64,000 bases of DNA from Macrostomum lignano (GCA_002269645.1 NIVC01000397.1:124001-188000), one strand, 5' to 3'. Counted from the first letter of the stretch, positions 29,728-49,015 are shown. Made by a program: numbers and translations. The notes: generated from the sequence alone by a model not told the origin.

Positions 29728-32700
29728 ATGCCGCAGCTCCCCTTGCTAATTCAAGCATTGCATTCGCTGCCTATCACAATTAGAAATAGGGTTGTTTGGT
29801 AAGTCTTCTTCTTTTATGCATCTTGTATTCATAAGCTTTCGTTTAAAATTTAATACCCTTGGATTTTAGTACTTCTAAGTCAGCCCCTACCACCACAGCA
29901 GAAAAAAAATAAATGTGAACATTGATAATATAGCATCCTTTGACCATTGAAAAAAATCAATGGTTATATTCATTATTAATATTCAAATAATTCAATTTGT
30001 TCTATGGACTTAGCTGTAGTCAAAATGTTATTTTGCTAAACTTTTTAAAGATTAACTTTTGTATGTTAAAACTCATTGTAGGTATCAATACTTTATTTTA
30101 TTTTTCACATTTGTTTGCTATACAACCTATCATCTATCAAGGAAGCCTATTTCTGTTGTTAAGGTAAGTTTAGATATATGATAAAATATAATATATATTA
30201 TTAATACAACTTCTTTAATAATGAAACCTAAATTTTAATATTCCACTTTTAGAGTGTTTTGCATCAGAACTGCACAGAAGTTGCTGTTAAAAAGCATTTT
30301 GTTATAACAGACAAAAATAATACATTCTGTAGCTGGGCTCCATTTGGTATGCCATTTGTTTTTCGTACATTAGTTGAACATATTAACTTGCTATTATTAA
30401 TTGTCATCAATTTAATTTAATTTTAACGTCTTAGATAAGGGTGACTACACAGAACTGCTGGGTTCACTGGAATATGCTTACTTATTTGCCTATGCAATTG
30501 GTATGCTTGTCAGGTAAAGAATTTGTTGTTATTAGTTAAATAAAAATAATTTAATTTTGATTTCATATAAAAAGTAATGTATATAAACAGGCCAATCCCT
30601 TAAACTGTTTTCAGTGGTCATATTGCAGAACGAGTTAATCTGCGGCATTACTTAGGTATTGGCATGCTTTTAAGTGGACTTACGACTGCCATGTTTGGCT
30701 TTGGATATTATCTGCAAATCCATCGGATTGAATATTACATCTTTGTCCAGGTTCGTGCAGTCTTTGTTCTTATTTGTCACACATTAAGCAGAGCCTAACT
30801 TTGCAATCTGTAATCGGGAGTACGACGTTTGCTTGTGGGAAGTTTGCTTGCCGAACTTTGCTTGCAGGAATTTTGCTTGCCGAACTTTGCTTGCCGAACT
30901 TTGCTTGCCGAACTTTGCTTGCCGAATTTTGATGTCTGCTTCCTAGAAATTCGCAATCACAATTGCAAGGTTTTAACTTGCCGAATTATTTTCTTGTCTG
31001 CTTGCTTGTTTTGATTGCTTGTAAAGTTGGTCAGTCAATTATTACTTACTACAGATGCTTTGCAAGTGGATTCTTATCGGCGCCGACATAAACTGACTTC
31101 ACACTAAGCTTTCAAACTAGGCTTATAGAGTTTCATTCTAAGAATTTAGTATATAGACTTAGAGATTTAATATATTTAGGAATGATTTACATTGATGTAC
31201 ATGTACAATGTACGTTCATTTCCAAAAAATATATTCTGTACATTTCGGTGCCTAAATCATTCGATATGTCATTGTTCGAAATTGTGTCCAATTTTTGTTG
31301 AAAATGTATTCCCAGTAAAAAACTAAATTATTACATTTCTGCATTAGGGCTTTTCAAATCCGACATATCCTCATTCAAAATCATAAACACTAGAGGCGAC
31401 TTCCACGAATCTTAGTAAATAAAAATAGAAATACAAGAGCTCAATAAAAATAATAGGTTCTTTAAGGTTCCGCAAGAAAACTGTGGCTGGAAAACCTCGG
31501 CAAGCAAAGTTCCTGCAAGCAAACTTCGGCAAGCTTATGTGCAGCAAGCAAATTTCCTGCAAGCAAAATTCGGCAAGCAAAGCTCGGCAAGCAAAGTTCG
31601 GCAAGCAAAGCTCGGCAAGCAAATTTCCGCAAGCAAAAGTCCCGCAAGCAAACTTCGGCAAGCAAACTTCTCGCAAGCAAATTTCATAGACCCCTGTAAT
31701 CATGCACATCTTATGCTGTCACACCCGCCTGCTTTCTCTTTTCCTCGCCTCCCCCCTTGCAAACTCCCTCTTCCCCATTCTCTCTCCTCTCCCCTCTGCT
31801 CTCCTCTCTCGTTATTTCCTCTCTCTTCTCCTGTTCTCCCTCTCTCTTCTCTCCCCTCTCCCTCTCCCTCTCTCTCTTCCCCCTCTCTCCCCTCTCCCTC
31901 TCCCTCTCTCCTTTCCCCTCTCTCCCTTCTCCCTCTCCCCTCTCCCTCTCCCTCTCTCTCTTCCCCCTCTCTCCCCTCTCCCTCTCCCTCTCTCCTTTCC
32001 CCCTCTCTCCCTTCTCCCTCTCCCCTCTCCCTCTCCTCTCCCTCTCCCTCTCTCTCCCCCCTCTCTCCCCTCTTCCTCTCCCTCTCCTTCTCCTTCTCCT
32101 TCTCCCTCTCTCTCCCCCCTCTCTCCCCTCTCCCTCTCATTTCTTCGTCTACGAAATCACAATCTCATTATTATCACGGTTCATTGCATGCTGCAAAAGG
32201 TTTTGACAATTTAAATTTTAGCAATCATTACAAAGATTGCATGCAAATTACAGCAGAATCTAACGGCAGCAATATTCCAACTAATTACTATAATTAGATA
32301 TTCGGCGGGCTGGTTCAGGCCACCGGCTGGCCCAGCGTGGTCGCTTGCGTTGGTCACTGGTTCGGCAAAGGACGGTAGGTTTAAAAAATTGTCATTAGTT
32401 ACTGAACACTTTGCCAAATTTTTAATTAGTTTTAAATAACACTTACGTGTAGATATTAATCTTCACTCGTGATGCGATATTTTATTCTTATTAGTAAGTT
32501 CTGTATGCGCTAAAGCTCTGATAGCTGTCTTACCCACGTCACTCTCTTACCCTTGGTTATATAATATCGTTCTGTTAAACGAAAAAGTTCTACTTGTTCA
32601 TACTTAATGACAGAGTATAGTTATTTAAATAACATATTTTGCAGCAATTAAATTACTGAATTCACGTACGCACATACCAAAAATATTTACTTTTTATCCG

Positions 32701-35700
32701 CATCTCGGTAAAGTTGGTCCATCCAGTGCTTCTTATAATGTCCATCCGGTGCTTATAATGTCCATCCGGTGCTTATAATGTCCATCCGGTGCTTATAATG
32801 TCCATCCGGTGCTTATAATGTCCATTTGATGCTTCTCATAATATCCATCCGGTACTTCTCAAAATGTCTATCCATTGCTTATAATGTCCATCTAATGCTT
32901 CTCACAATGTCCATCCGGTACTGGCGCTGTTTATGGGATTATTTTGCATTATTGTTCCCCGTCAAGTTACTCCTAGCAACTATTTTACTAACTAATCCTG
33001 ATAATTTCTGACAAACCACTATTTTTCCACATTGTTTCACAGGCGCGGCTTCATCATGGGAGTCTGGAACAGTCACACCTCAGCTGGCAACATACTCGGC
33101 AGCGTAATTGCCGGCCTATTTGTCTCCTCTAGCTGGGGTTTGAGCTTCATAGTGCCAGGCGCCATTATCTTTGCTGTTGGCTGTTTCTGCTTGCTGTTAT
33201 TAATTCCGTGTAAGTTGGTTTGTGTTTAACTTACTTAGGACCTTGAGTACGTGAGCTAGGTTCCTGGTTTATAGTTTCTTGGAATAGGTTTTCGAAACTT
33301 CAGGATTCGTATAATAGGGTTAATGACAGGTTTCTTAGAACAGGGTTCAGAATCTTTGGGTTTCTTAGAAAAGGGTTCATAATCTTGAGGTTTCTTAAAA
33401 CAGGGTTCAGAACCTTTATGTTTCTTAGAATATGGTTCAGGATCTTAGGAGTTCTTAGAATGGGGTTCAGAATCTTCAGGTTTCTTAGAATATGGTTCAG
33501 AATCTTTATGTTTGTTAGAATATGGTTCAGAATCTTCAGGTTTCTTAGAATAGGGTTCAGAATCTTCAGGTTTCTTAGAATAGGGTTCAAAATCTTGGGG
33601 CTTCTTAGAATAGAGTTGAGAATCTTAGGGCTTCTTAGAATAGGGTTCAGGATCTTCAGGTTTCTTAGAATAGGGTTCAGAATCTTGGGGTTTCTTAGAA
33701 TAGAGTTGAGAATATTGGGGCTTCTTAGAACAGGGTTCAGGATCTTCAGGTTTCCTACAATAGGGTTCAGCATCTCCAGTTTTCATAGAATTGGGTTTAG
33801 ATTCTTCAGGTTTCTTTGAACAGGGTTCCGAATTTTCAGTTTTCTTAGAATAGGGTTCGAAATCTTTATGGTTCTTAGAATAGGGTTCAGGATCTTCAGG
33901 TTTCTTAAAATACGGTTCGGGAGCATCAGGTTCCTTCGAATAATGTTTTGGACCACCATATTTCTTAGAATAGTTGCTAGGGACGTGACGTTTCTTCACT
34001 AAGATTCGGGACATCAGGTTTGTTAGAAAATAAGACCTGCATTCACGCCACAACATAGTCAAACGTAATTATAGATACCTGATCATAAAAATGATTACTT
34101 TGTTTAACTTAAACTAGCTGAAGCAATATAACAAATTTTTCAGACCCAACCGATGTTGGATTGCCGTCGCCTCACGATAACGATTTGGTAAGTATGCTTA
34201 ATCGAGTTTTAAGGGCAAATAGTTTCTATTTAAGTAGATTTCGATAGTTCAGATTAGTTGGCTTCATCAAGAAGTCACTTGACTGTCACTGAGACTGTCT
34301 GATATTTTTTCTGCCAGTCGCAGGATTTACAGGTTCTACTCGAGATGCCCAGTGTGCGTCAGATGTAAATTTATCACCCCTTTCAACTTGTATACGTTTA
34401 TATGCACTGGTCTGCTTATATTTGCTAATTCTTACATTAATTTGGCTGGTATTCTTTCCAATGTGAGAATTTAACATCGGTTATTTGGTGTCTCGTTATT
34501 TCCTACTTGTCCTTCTAATATTGTATTGGTTGGATTGTATTTTTGTATTGATAACTATAGTACTGCCATTATATCGAAAGTTTAACATAAAATTAAAATC
34601 TAAGAAGGAAAACATACTAATTTTAAAAGAAACAAAAAAGTCTTTAGTTTGCGAAGAGCTTAGTACCATTCTATAGGAAATATAGAGCGCAGGAAAAATT
34701 TGGTAAATCAGCCGTTGCTAAACTGACAATTTGCTGAAATCTTGATAAGCCAGAACTGACACGCAGTCAATAAGGTAGTGTAAATTCTGTATACGAGTTC
34801 AACACGAAATCATATAGCTCTCTAACCCTGAACGTAAGTTTTAAAGCACTATCGTATTAAACCTGCCCTCACACTATTTTTTTAGGTCACAGAGATAAAA
34901 AAAGCATTAATGTTATTGAAAGTTTATTTCGTTTCTATTTTTGGAATGCTTATTTATATAACTGTTAATAAAGTTACGAATAATATTATTTAGGACATCA
35001 TGGTTCAGTCGGTAACGCCTTCAACATTGGACATAACCGAGTACGCACCGAATACCCACGATCGACAATGGTTTGATAGTCCCGACTCTGAACAACAGCA
35101 GACTTCTTCTCTGTCTGCGTCCCCTGTCGGGGCGACTCCTCCTAGTAGAGCGTCTTCGTCAGTTAATCAACGGATGCCCGCCGCTGACACCGACCCTCTG
35201 CTGCCAAGACATTCTACTCTGACTGAGTCGACCGCTTCTAGTGATATGGGCAGTCGAAAGGCAATCAGCCTGCTAGGCGCTGTTCGTATTCCGGTATGTG
35301 GACGAGCATACGTTCTGTATTTTTTTAATTTTCTATGCTTTAGGTGGTGAGGTGGGTGTCGATTTCTCCACCGGCCTGTTATCTTTTTTAGTCAGTCAAA
35401 GCGGAGTGAGGTTGGTGTCAATTTATCTGCCGGCCTGTCATCTTTTCTAGCCAGTCAAAGCGGAGTGGGGTGGGTCTTGATTTCTTCGCCGGCCTGTTAT
35501 CTTTTTTAGTCAGTCCAGGCGGTGTGAGGTGGGTGTCGATTTCTTCGCCGGCCTGTTATCTTTTTTAGTCATTCCAGGCGGAGTGAGGTGGGTGTCGATT
35601 TCTTCGCCGGCCTGTTATCTTTTCTAGTCAGTCCAGGCGGAGTGAGATAGGTATCGATTTCTCTGCCGGCCTGTTATCTTTTCTAGTCAGACTAGGCGGA

Positions 35701-37239
35701 GTGAGGTAGGTGGGTGTCAATTTCTCCGCCGGCCTGTTATCTTTTCTAGTCAAACTAGGCGGAGTGAGGTAGGTGGGTGTCAATTTCTACGCCGGCCTTT
35801 TATCTTTTCTAGTCAGACTAGGCCTAGTGAGGTGGGTGTCAATTTCTCCGCCGGCCTTTTATCTTTTCTAGTCAGTGTAGGCCTAGTGAGGTGGGTGTCA
35901 ATTTATCCGCCGGCCTGTTATCTTTATCCGGTGTACATGTAGTCTGAGGTTGAGTGAGGAGGTGTCAAGATGAAACTTCATTTTATAAAAAATAAATTTC
36001 AGGGCGTTATCGAGTACTCCCTGTGCCTGTTTTTCGCCAAACTGGTCAGCTATACCTTTCTCTATTGGTTGCCAAATTACATTAAGCACTCCAGCGGTCT
36101 CAACCCAGAAGAGAGCGCATTTCTATCAACTCTATTCGATGTTGGCGGCATTGTTGGAGGTGTATTAGCTGGGGTTGTTAGCGATGTGACTGGTCGGAGA
36201 GCTCTCACCTGCATGATGATGCTGCTTCTTGCGGCACCAATGGTATGTACTTAATCTATCTACTAAATTTGTGGTAAATTCTTCTATTACATGTACATTT
36301 TATAGTTCCATGTGTCCAATCTTCGTAAATTTTTAACCATACCCCTATTGTGCATAAATACGCATATTAGAATTACAATTTCTGTAGGAATAACTGAATT
36401 ATAGCAAACTTCTTATATCAACTTTCAGCTGTTTGTCTACGAGAAGTTTGGTGACACATCATTATTTAACTCGATAGGTCAGTTTAACGGATAATTATAT
36501 TTGATCAATTATTTCTCTTATTTCACTTATGAAAGTTTCACTTGAATAAATAATTGTCCTTCTAGTCCTGCTCCTAATCACTGGAGGCTTAGTTAATGGT
36601 CCATACGCGCTAATTACTACTGCGGTAAGCGCCGATTTAGGCACGTCAGTTAAAGGCGATTCAAAAGCTCTGGCCACTGTTACTGCTATTATCGATGGGA
36701 CAGGGAGCATGGGTATGTAATATTTACTACTTACTAATTAAGCTACTTATAGTAGGCTAGGCATGAATTGTAGCATCAAACTTATCTAACTTAAAAAATT
36801 CAGGCGCTGCACTCGGTCCTCTGCTGACGGGTCTGATCGTGAATACAGGCTGGCAGAATGTTTTCTACATGCTTATGACTGCCGATTTGTTGGCTTTGCT
36901 TGTAAGTGGCTCCTTTATAGCCAATTTATTGTAGTATATTTTATAGGTTTAATTGCTGTCATCACCCATCTCACGCCTTCTCCAACCCACCCAGTACATT
37001 CCTGCCCCTGCAGACACCCACCTCACGCCTTGTCCAACCCACCCAGTACATTCCTGCCCCTGCAGACACCCACCTCACGCCTTTCTCAACCCCCTCTACT
37101 ACTTTAACCCCATTTTCCTCCCTCTTCAATCCTATTTCAGCTTCTCTGTCGAATGGGCTTAAGCGAGATAAACGAATGCCGACATCAAAGAACTGAGCCC
37201 GCTTATGAAGATCTGGCCAGAGAAAGCACTAGGTCATGA
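29728..37239 (+). CDS. SLC37A2: SLC37A1/A2-type sugar-phosphate/phosphate exchanger (MFS, OPA family), 14 exons
   Basis: Exons 29728-29798, 30082-30163, 30253-30346, 30435-30513, 30615-30750, 32298-32374, 33043-33209, 34144-34187, 34994-35293, 36003-36242, 36429-36477, 36566-36712, 36804-36901 and 37141-37239, phase-consistent. Motifs [72 protein letters not shown] and [16 protein letters not shown]1 versus A2 orthology cannot be resolved. Confidence 0.95.
30816..31693. mobile_element. Foldback-like non-autonomous transposon with modular TIRs made of 14-bp repeats
   Basis: Left array (AACTTTGCTTGCCG)n at 30825-30930, inverted array at 31495-31680, termini GGG...CCC, and a perfect 8-bp TSD CTGTAATC at 30808-30815 and 31694-31701. 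Confidence 0.85.
31735..32140. repeat. CT-rich polypyrimidine low-complexity tract
   Basis: Direct reading. Confidence 0.9.
32735..32925. repeat. 20-bp minisatellite
   Basis: Unit TGTCCATCCGGTGCTTATAA. Confidence 0.85.
33300..33905. repeat. 30-bp minisatellite (SLC37 intron 7)
   Basis: Unit GGGTTCAGAATCTTCAGGTTTCTTAGAATA. Confidence 0.9.
35345..35925. repeat. About 59-63-bp minisatellite (SLC37 intron 9)
   Basis: Unit approximately GGCGGAGTGAGGTGGGTGTCGATTTCTTCGCCGGCCTGTTATCTTTTTTAGTCAGTCCA. Confidence 0.9.
36955..37090. repeat. 52-bp repeat, about 2.5 copies (SLC37 intron 13)
   Basis: CACCCACCTCACGCCTTGTCCAACCCACCCAGTACATTCCTGCCCCTGCAGA repeated. Confidence 0.8.
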
Positions 37240-38099
37240 CTAACTTGAGTAAACATGTTTTCATCTGATGTACAATTTTGTTCTTTAGTATAGTAGTATT
37301 AGTAGTACTAGAAATAAGTAATAAAGAGTGCTTTTTAGAAAATAGTTGAACAGATTCTCAGATTTATTAACAATTAATTCAGTGGAATCTGAACGGATCA
37401 AAATATAAATATATTTTTTGTTTTTAACTAACAAAATTCTATTCATGATCAAGATCGTCTCTTTCTACTGCAGTCCTGCTCTTGCACTAATATTTGTTAA
37501 TTTATTAACTGCATTAACTGATCGTTTACCGTCATTTTCACCATTATTGACTTTCCTATCTACGAGTATACTACTGATTTACTGTGTATTCTAGTAGCGT
37601 GTATGCGCATTGATGCCAATTTTCTATTTTTTTTGTTTTAGATCGATCAAAGCACGATTACGTGGTAGTAGTGACACCTTTTCTCGTCCATTATTATTTA
37701 TTTATAATGAATTTCATGACAATTCATATGGGTTATTAACGCCCAATGTACTTTTTACGCAATAATTAACAATGATTTAAATTTAATTATTGATTTTTTT
37801 AAATGAACAATGCTTTAATTGTTATCTAGCACTTGCAATAGTATATAGTATAGACATCATCATATTGCGATGCTTTTTGTGCATTTTTGTAACCTCAGAC
37901 AATAGTAAAGTACATCGGTACTGGGTGCAGTAGCACACTGGATGAGAAAACTATTTACTGCAAAAATCTATTAATGAACTTTTTTCCAAATTTTATTTAC
38001 ATGTAGAGCAAAGTTTTAAACAGAAAATATTGTCATATATCAATTAGTGTGTGTTTTAATTAGAGTTTTTTGATACGCCTTGGCAAACATGTAGCTGAA

Positions 38100-38670
38100 A
38101 TTTTGAGATCCTGAACACCTTTATGAAAGATTCTGAGATCCCGAATACTTCTATGGGAGATTTTGAGATCATGAACACTATGGGAGATTTTGAGATCATG
38201 AACACTATGGGAGATTTTGAGATCCCGAACACCTCTATGGGAGATTTTTAGATCATGAAAACTATGGGAGATTTTGAGATCCCGAACACCTCTATGGGAG
38301 ATTCTGAAATCCCAAACACCTCTATGGGAGATTTTTAGATCATGAAAACTATGGGAGATTCTGAAATCCCAAACACCTTTATGGGAGCTTTTGAGATCCC
38401 GAACACCTTTTTAGGAGATTTTCAGATCATGAAAACTATAGGAGATTTTAAGATCCATAACACCTTTATGGTAGATTTTGAGATCCCGAATACCTTTATG
38501 GGAGATTTTGATATCCCGAATACATCTATGGGAGATTTTGAGATCCCGAACACATCTATGGGAGATTTTTAGATCATGAACACTATGAGAGATTTTGAGA
38601 TCCCTAATACCTCTATGGGAGATTCTGTAATCCCAAACACCTTTATGGAAGATTTTGAGATCCCGAACAC
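38100..38670. repeat. Degenerate 27-30-bp minisatellite
   Basis: Unit approximately GAGATTTTGAGATCCCGAACACCTCTATGG. Confidence 0.9.
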
Positions 38671-38774
38671 CTGTAGGGGATATTTAGAACCAACCAAGAT
38701 TAAATATTTGTAATTAGCAAAAAATCAAAATTTAGCATAACGGTTCAGAATTTTAGTAAATTCAACAATGGTCA

Positions 38775-43961
<5,187 letters not shown>

Positions 43962-44792
43962 GTTCAAATTTCCTTTCAGGATAAAGGAAAGGTGTTAACT
44001 TGATGGCGACTCCTAGCTGTTGAGACGCAGATAAGAGAGTCTGCAACTGCCAGACCCGCTGACACGAGACTCAACTAAGCTGAGAAACGTGTTTTAATAA
44101 AAAAAGAGTTTTGGCAAGTGGACCCATGCAGTTGCTATTGTTCGACTCAGATTCGGACACACAGCGACACAAGCAGAGACAGAGAGAGAGAGAGAGAGAA
44201 ATGAAAAATGAAATAACCGTGTACAATTTTGTTGTCGTTGAGTTTCTATTCAACCCATGGTTTTTCTCAGTGATGATGCACGTGTGTCTCTCTACAGGCT
44301 ATGCAAGCCCCCCCCCCCGCACTCGTGCAGCATCTGCCCTAACTCATATTCATTTGCTTGTTGCTTCTGAAAATTGGCTCTCAAAACATTGCTTGGCACA
44401 ACATAATAATGGACGATATGTGCAGTGAAGTATGTAGGTCAGTTTGTTGAACTGTCAATTCAAAAATAGGCCACTTTGTAGACCTGCAGGGGTTGGCGAA
44501 ATCTTCTCCTCTGCTTTTCTCATCTCATAGCTCATCTCCTCTCGTCTCCTCTCTCCCCTGAGAGAGATTAGCTGACTATTCAATTTCTAATTTCACAGTT
44601 AACAGAAGCAGTCGCAGCCACAGAAATAACAGTACGAGTACTTTAGTCAATTATTAATATTCGGACAGTAAGCTCGGGAATTTAATTGGCAATAATTGAT
44701 AAAATTTCACAGTGAGTAGCAATGACTGTTTATTAATTTATAAGCGCGTCCTTTGAACAGTCAGATCGGGAACCGAGTTGCGCAGCTCATCT

Positions 44793-45956
44793 CTACAGCC
44801 TCCTGGCAACACCGTGATGGTCATCCTTGCCTGTTGTGCAGAGAGAAGTACAGATCACGTGATGCGTAGTTAATTTATGATTGGAATTCGAGAAAAAAAA
44901 TTGACTGAATTCTACGACCACCTTGTTCAGAGCTTAAACACTCTCTAGTGCTATATAAACACTCATTTTAGCTTCTACTTACTCTTCAGTGCTATATAAA
45001 CACTCATTTATAGCTTCTACTTACTCTTCAGTGCTATATAAACACTCATTATAGCTTCTACTTACTCTTCAGTGCTATATAAACACTCATTTATAGCTTC
45101 TACTTACTCTTCAGTGCTATATAAACACTCATTATAGCTTCTACTTACTCTTCAGTGCTATATAAACACTCATTATAGCTTCTACTTACTCTTCAGTGCT
45201 ATATAAACACTCATTATAGCTTCTACTTACTCTTCAGTGCTATATAAACACTCATTTATAGCTTCTACTTACTCTTCAGTGCTATATAAACACTCATTAT
45301 AGCTTCTACTTACTCTTCAGTGCTATATAAACACTCATTATAGCTTCTACTTACTCTTCAGTGCTATATAAACACTCATTTTAGCTTCTACTTACTCTTC
45401 AGTGCTATATAAACACTCATTATAGCTTCTACTTATTCTTCAGTGCTATATAAACACTCATTATAGCTTCTACTTACTCTTCAGTGCTTTTTAAACACTC
45501 ATTATAGCTTCTACTTACTCCCTAGTGCTTTTTAAACACTCATTATAGCTTCTACTTACTCCTTAGTGCTTTTTAAACACTCATTATAGCTTCTACTTAC
45601 TCCTTAGTGCTTTTTAAACACTCATTATAGCTTCTACTTACTCTTCAGTGCTCTACTCTCTAGTGCTCTATAAACACTCATTTTAGCTTCTACTTACTCT
45701 TCAGTGTTTAAACACTCATTATAGCTTCTACTTACTCTTCAGTGTTTAAACACTCATTATAGCTTCTACTTACTCTCTAATGCTTTATAAACACTCAACT
45801 AAAGTGCTCACCGAGATTAGTGTAAACAATAACGACAATCACCCCGAGCAGAAATACTACTCCTAACGAGATGAAGATCACGTTGAGAATTTTCCTGAGC
45901 AGAGGCAGCTGCAGGTCCTGGATCTGCTCCAATTGGTCGTCATCGATTCGTTTGTC
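44793..45956 (-). CDS. Last two exons of an unidentified membrane protein (C-terminal TM helix plus a short tail)
   Basis: Exon 45956-45812 DKRIDDDQLEQIQDLQLPLLRKILNVIFISLGVVFLLGVIVVIVYTNL, spliced in phase 1 to exon 44830-44793 GKDDHHGVARRL*. Both have good acceptors. Confidence 0.6.
44940..45790. repeat. 41-42-bp minisatellite
   Basis: Unit GTGCTATATAAACACTCATTATAGCTTCTACTTACTCTTCA. Confidence 0.95.
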
Positions 45957-46039
45957 CTGGATTTTGAAATTAGTTAAAATAATTTATATATACCTTGGTA
46001 AACAAAAGCCATTAATCATATCGCGCGTTGTAACAATCA

Positions 46040-48243
46040 GGGCAATTCCCCTCCGAGACATCAGAGCAATTCCCCTCCGAGACATCAGACCAATTCCCCT
46101 CCGAGACATCAGACCAATTCCCCTCCAAGACATCAGACCAATTCCCCTCCGAGACATCAGACCAATTCCCCTCCGAGACATCAGAGCAATTCCCCTCCGA
46201 GACATCAGAGCAATTCCCCTCCGAGACATCAGAGCAATTCCCCTCCAAGACATCAGACCAATTCCCCGCCGAGACATCAGACCAATTCCCCTCCAAGACA
46301 TCAGAGCAATTCCCCTCTAAGACATCAGAGCAATTCCCCTCCGAGACATCAGACCAATTCCCCTCCAAGACATCAGAGCAATTCCCCTCTAAGACATCAG
46401 AGCAATTCCCCTCCGAGACATCAGACCAATTCCCCTCCGAGACATCAGACCAATTCCCCTCCGAGACATCAGAGCAATTCCCCTCCGAGACATCAGAGCA
46501 ATTCCCCTCCAAGACATCAGACCAATTCCCCTCCGAGACATCAGACCAATTCCCCTCCAAGACATCAGAGCAATTCCCCTCTAAGACATCAGAGCAATTC
46601 CCCTCCGAGACATCAGAGCAATTCCCCTCCAAGACATCAGAGCAATTCCCCTCTAAGACATCAGAGCAATTCCCCTCCGAGACATCAGACCAATTCCCCT
46701 CCGAGACATCAGAGCAATTCCCCTCCGAGACATCAGAGCAATTCCCCTCCGAGACATCAGAGCAATTCCCCTCCGAGACATCAGACCAATTCCCCTCCGA
46801 GACATCAGACCAATTCCCCTCCGAGACATCAGAGCAATTCCCCTCCGAGACATCAGACCAATTCCCCTCCGAGACATCAGAGCAATTCCCCTCCAAGACA
46901 TCAGAGCAATTCCCCTCTAAGACATCAGAGAAATTTCCCTCTAAGACATCAGAGCAATTCCCCTCCGAGACATCAGACCAATTCCCCTCCGAGACATCAG
47001 AGCAATTCCTCTCCGAGACATCAGACCAATTCCCCTCCGAGACATCAGAGCAATTCCCCTCCGAGACATCAGACCAATTCCCCTCCGAGACATCAGAGCA
47101 ATTCCCCTCCGAGACATCAGACCAATTCCCCTCCGAGACATCAGAGCAATTCCCCTCTGAGACATCAGAGCGATTCCCCTCCGAGACATCAGAGCAATTC
47201 CCCTCCGAGACATCAGAGCAATTCCCCTCTAAGACATCAGAGCAATTCCCCTCCGAGACATCAGACCAATTCCCCTCCGAGACATCAGAGCAATTCCCCT
47301 CCGAGACATCAGAGCAATTCCTCTCCGAGACATCAGACCAATTCCCCTCCGAGACATCAGAGCAATTCCCCTCCGAGACATCAGAGCAATTCCCCTCCGA
47401 GACATCAGAGCAATTCCCCTCCGAGACATCAGACCAATTCCCCTCCGAGACATCAGACCAATTCCCCTCCGAGACATCAGAGCAATTCCCCTCCGAGACA
47501 TCAGACCAATTCCCCTCCGAGACATCAGAGCAATTCCCCTCCGAGACATCAGACCAATTCCTCTCCGAGACATCAGACCAATTCCCCTCCGAGACATCAG
47601 ACCAATTCCCCTCCGAGACATCAGAGCAATTCCCCTCCGAGACATCAGACCAATTCCCCTCCGAGACATCAGAGCAATTCCCCTCTGAGACATCAGAGCG
47701 ATTCCCCTCCGAGACATCAGAGCAATTCCCCTCCGAGACATCAGAGCAATTCCCCTCTAAGACATCAGAGCAATTCCCCTCCGAGACATCAGACCAATTC
47801 CCCTCCGAGACATCAGAGCAATTCCCCTCCGAGACATCAGAGCAATTCCCCTCCAAGACATCAGAGCAATTCCCCTCTAAGACATCAGAGCAATTCCCCT
47901 CTAAGACATCAGAGCAATTCCCCTCCGAGACATCAGACCAATTCCCCTCCGAGACATCAGAGCAATTCCCCTCCAAGACATCAGAGCAATTCCCCTCTAA
48001 GACATCAGAGAAATTTCCCTCTAAGACATCAGAGCAATTCCCCTCCGAGACATCAGACCAATTCCCCTCCGAGACATCAGAGCAATTCCCCTCCGAGACA
48101 TCAGACCAATTCCCCTCCGAGACATCAGAGCAATTCCCCTCCGAGACATCAGACCAATTCCTCTCCGAGACATCAGAGCAATTCCCCTCCGAGACATCAG
48201 AGCAATTCCCCTCCGAGACATCAGAGCAATTCCCCTCTGAGAC
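46040..48243. repeat. 24-bp minisatellite, about 90 copies
   Basis: Unit GACATCAGA(G/C)CAATTCCCCTCCGA. Confidence 0.97.
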
Positions 48244-48786
48244 ACCTCTTTATCCTCTATTTGAACGCTGCCTTCTTTTCTATCGCACGAGATATACCTT
48301 GCCATATTCCTTTGAATCCGACTCTGCTCGACGGTAAGCTTGAAAATTCATGTTTATAATTCATTATTCACTTTTGTCAGTCAACGATTTTCTGAGTAGG
48401 TAAAAAGAAAATAATCTTCTTATTTCTTTGAAATCGAAATTTACCGATTCAATTTTTTGCTTTAATTAATCTGCCTCTACAGAATCTTATCCATGAAATT
48501 GCCAAGCCCCAACCCGATCGGTGAGGCTTTGCATCCGTTAATTCCAGGAAAGGCACATCCGTCAGCCATCGGTTTTAATTAATTCTGACTATTTCCATGC
48601 AAAGACACGTGCTGATAAAGTCTGCTGATTTTCTTCTTTCAGATTTCCATAGGGTAGGCCGTGCTTTTATTGTTGCATGTAATTGCAGCTCAGGCGTGCA
48701 TTCCTGGCGGATCTGACAGTTACCTGAACAGAATAGATTCTTGCACTTTTCACTGCTCTGCTCCTTTTCCCTTCGAGTTTTCTGTT

Positions 48787-48787
48787 T

Positions 48788-48884
<97 letters not shown>

Positions 48885-48895
48885 CTGTGTGTGTG

Positions 48896-48966
<71 letters not shown>

Positions 48967-48975
48967 CTGTGTGTG

Positions 48976-49006
<31 letters not shown>

Positions 49007-49015
49007 GTCACCTGT
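48787..49015. repeat. (TCTG)n microsatellite
   Basis: Direct reading. Confidence 0.95.

Noticed and set aside
33300-38670. Common origin of the two 30-bp minisatellites (33300-33905 and 38100-38670)
   Set aside because: Similarity is limited to a short GAGAT/GAACC-like core and is not distinguishable from chance by eye.
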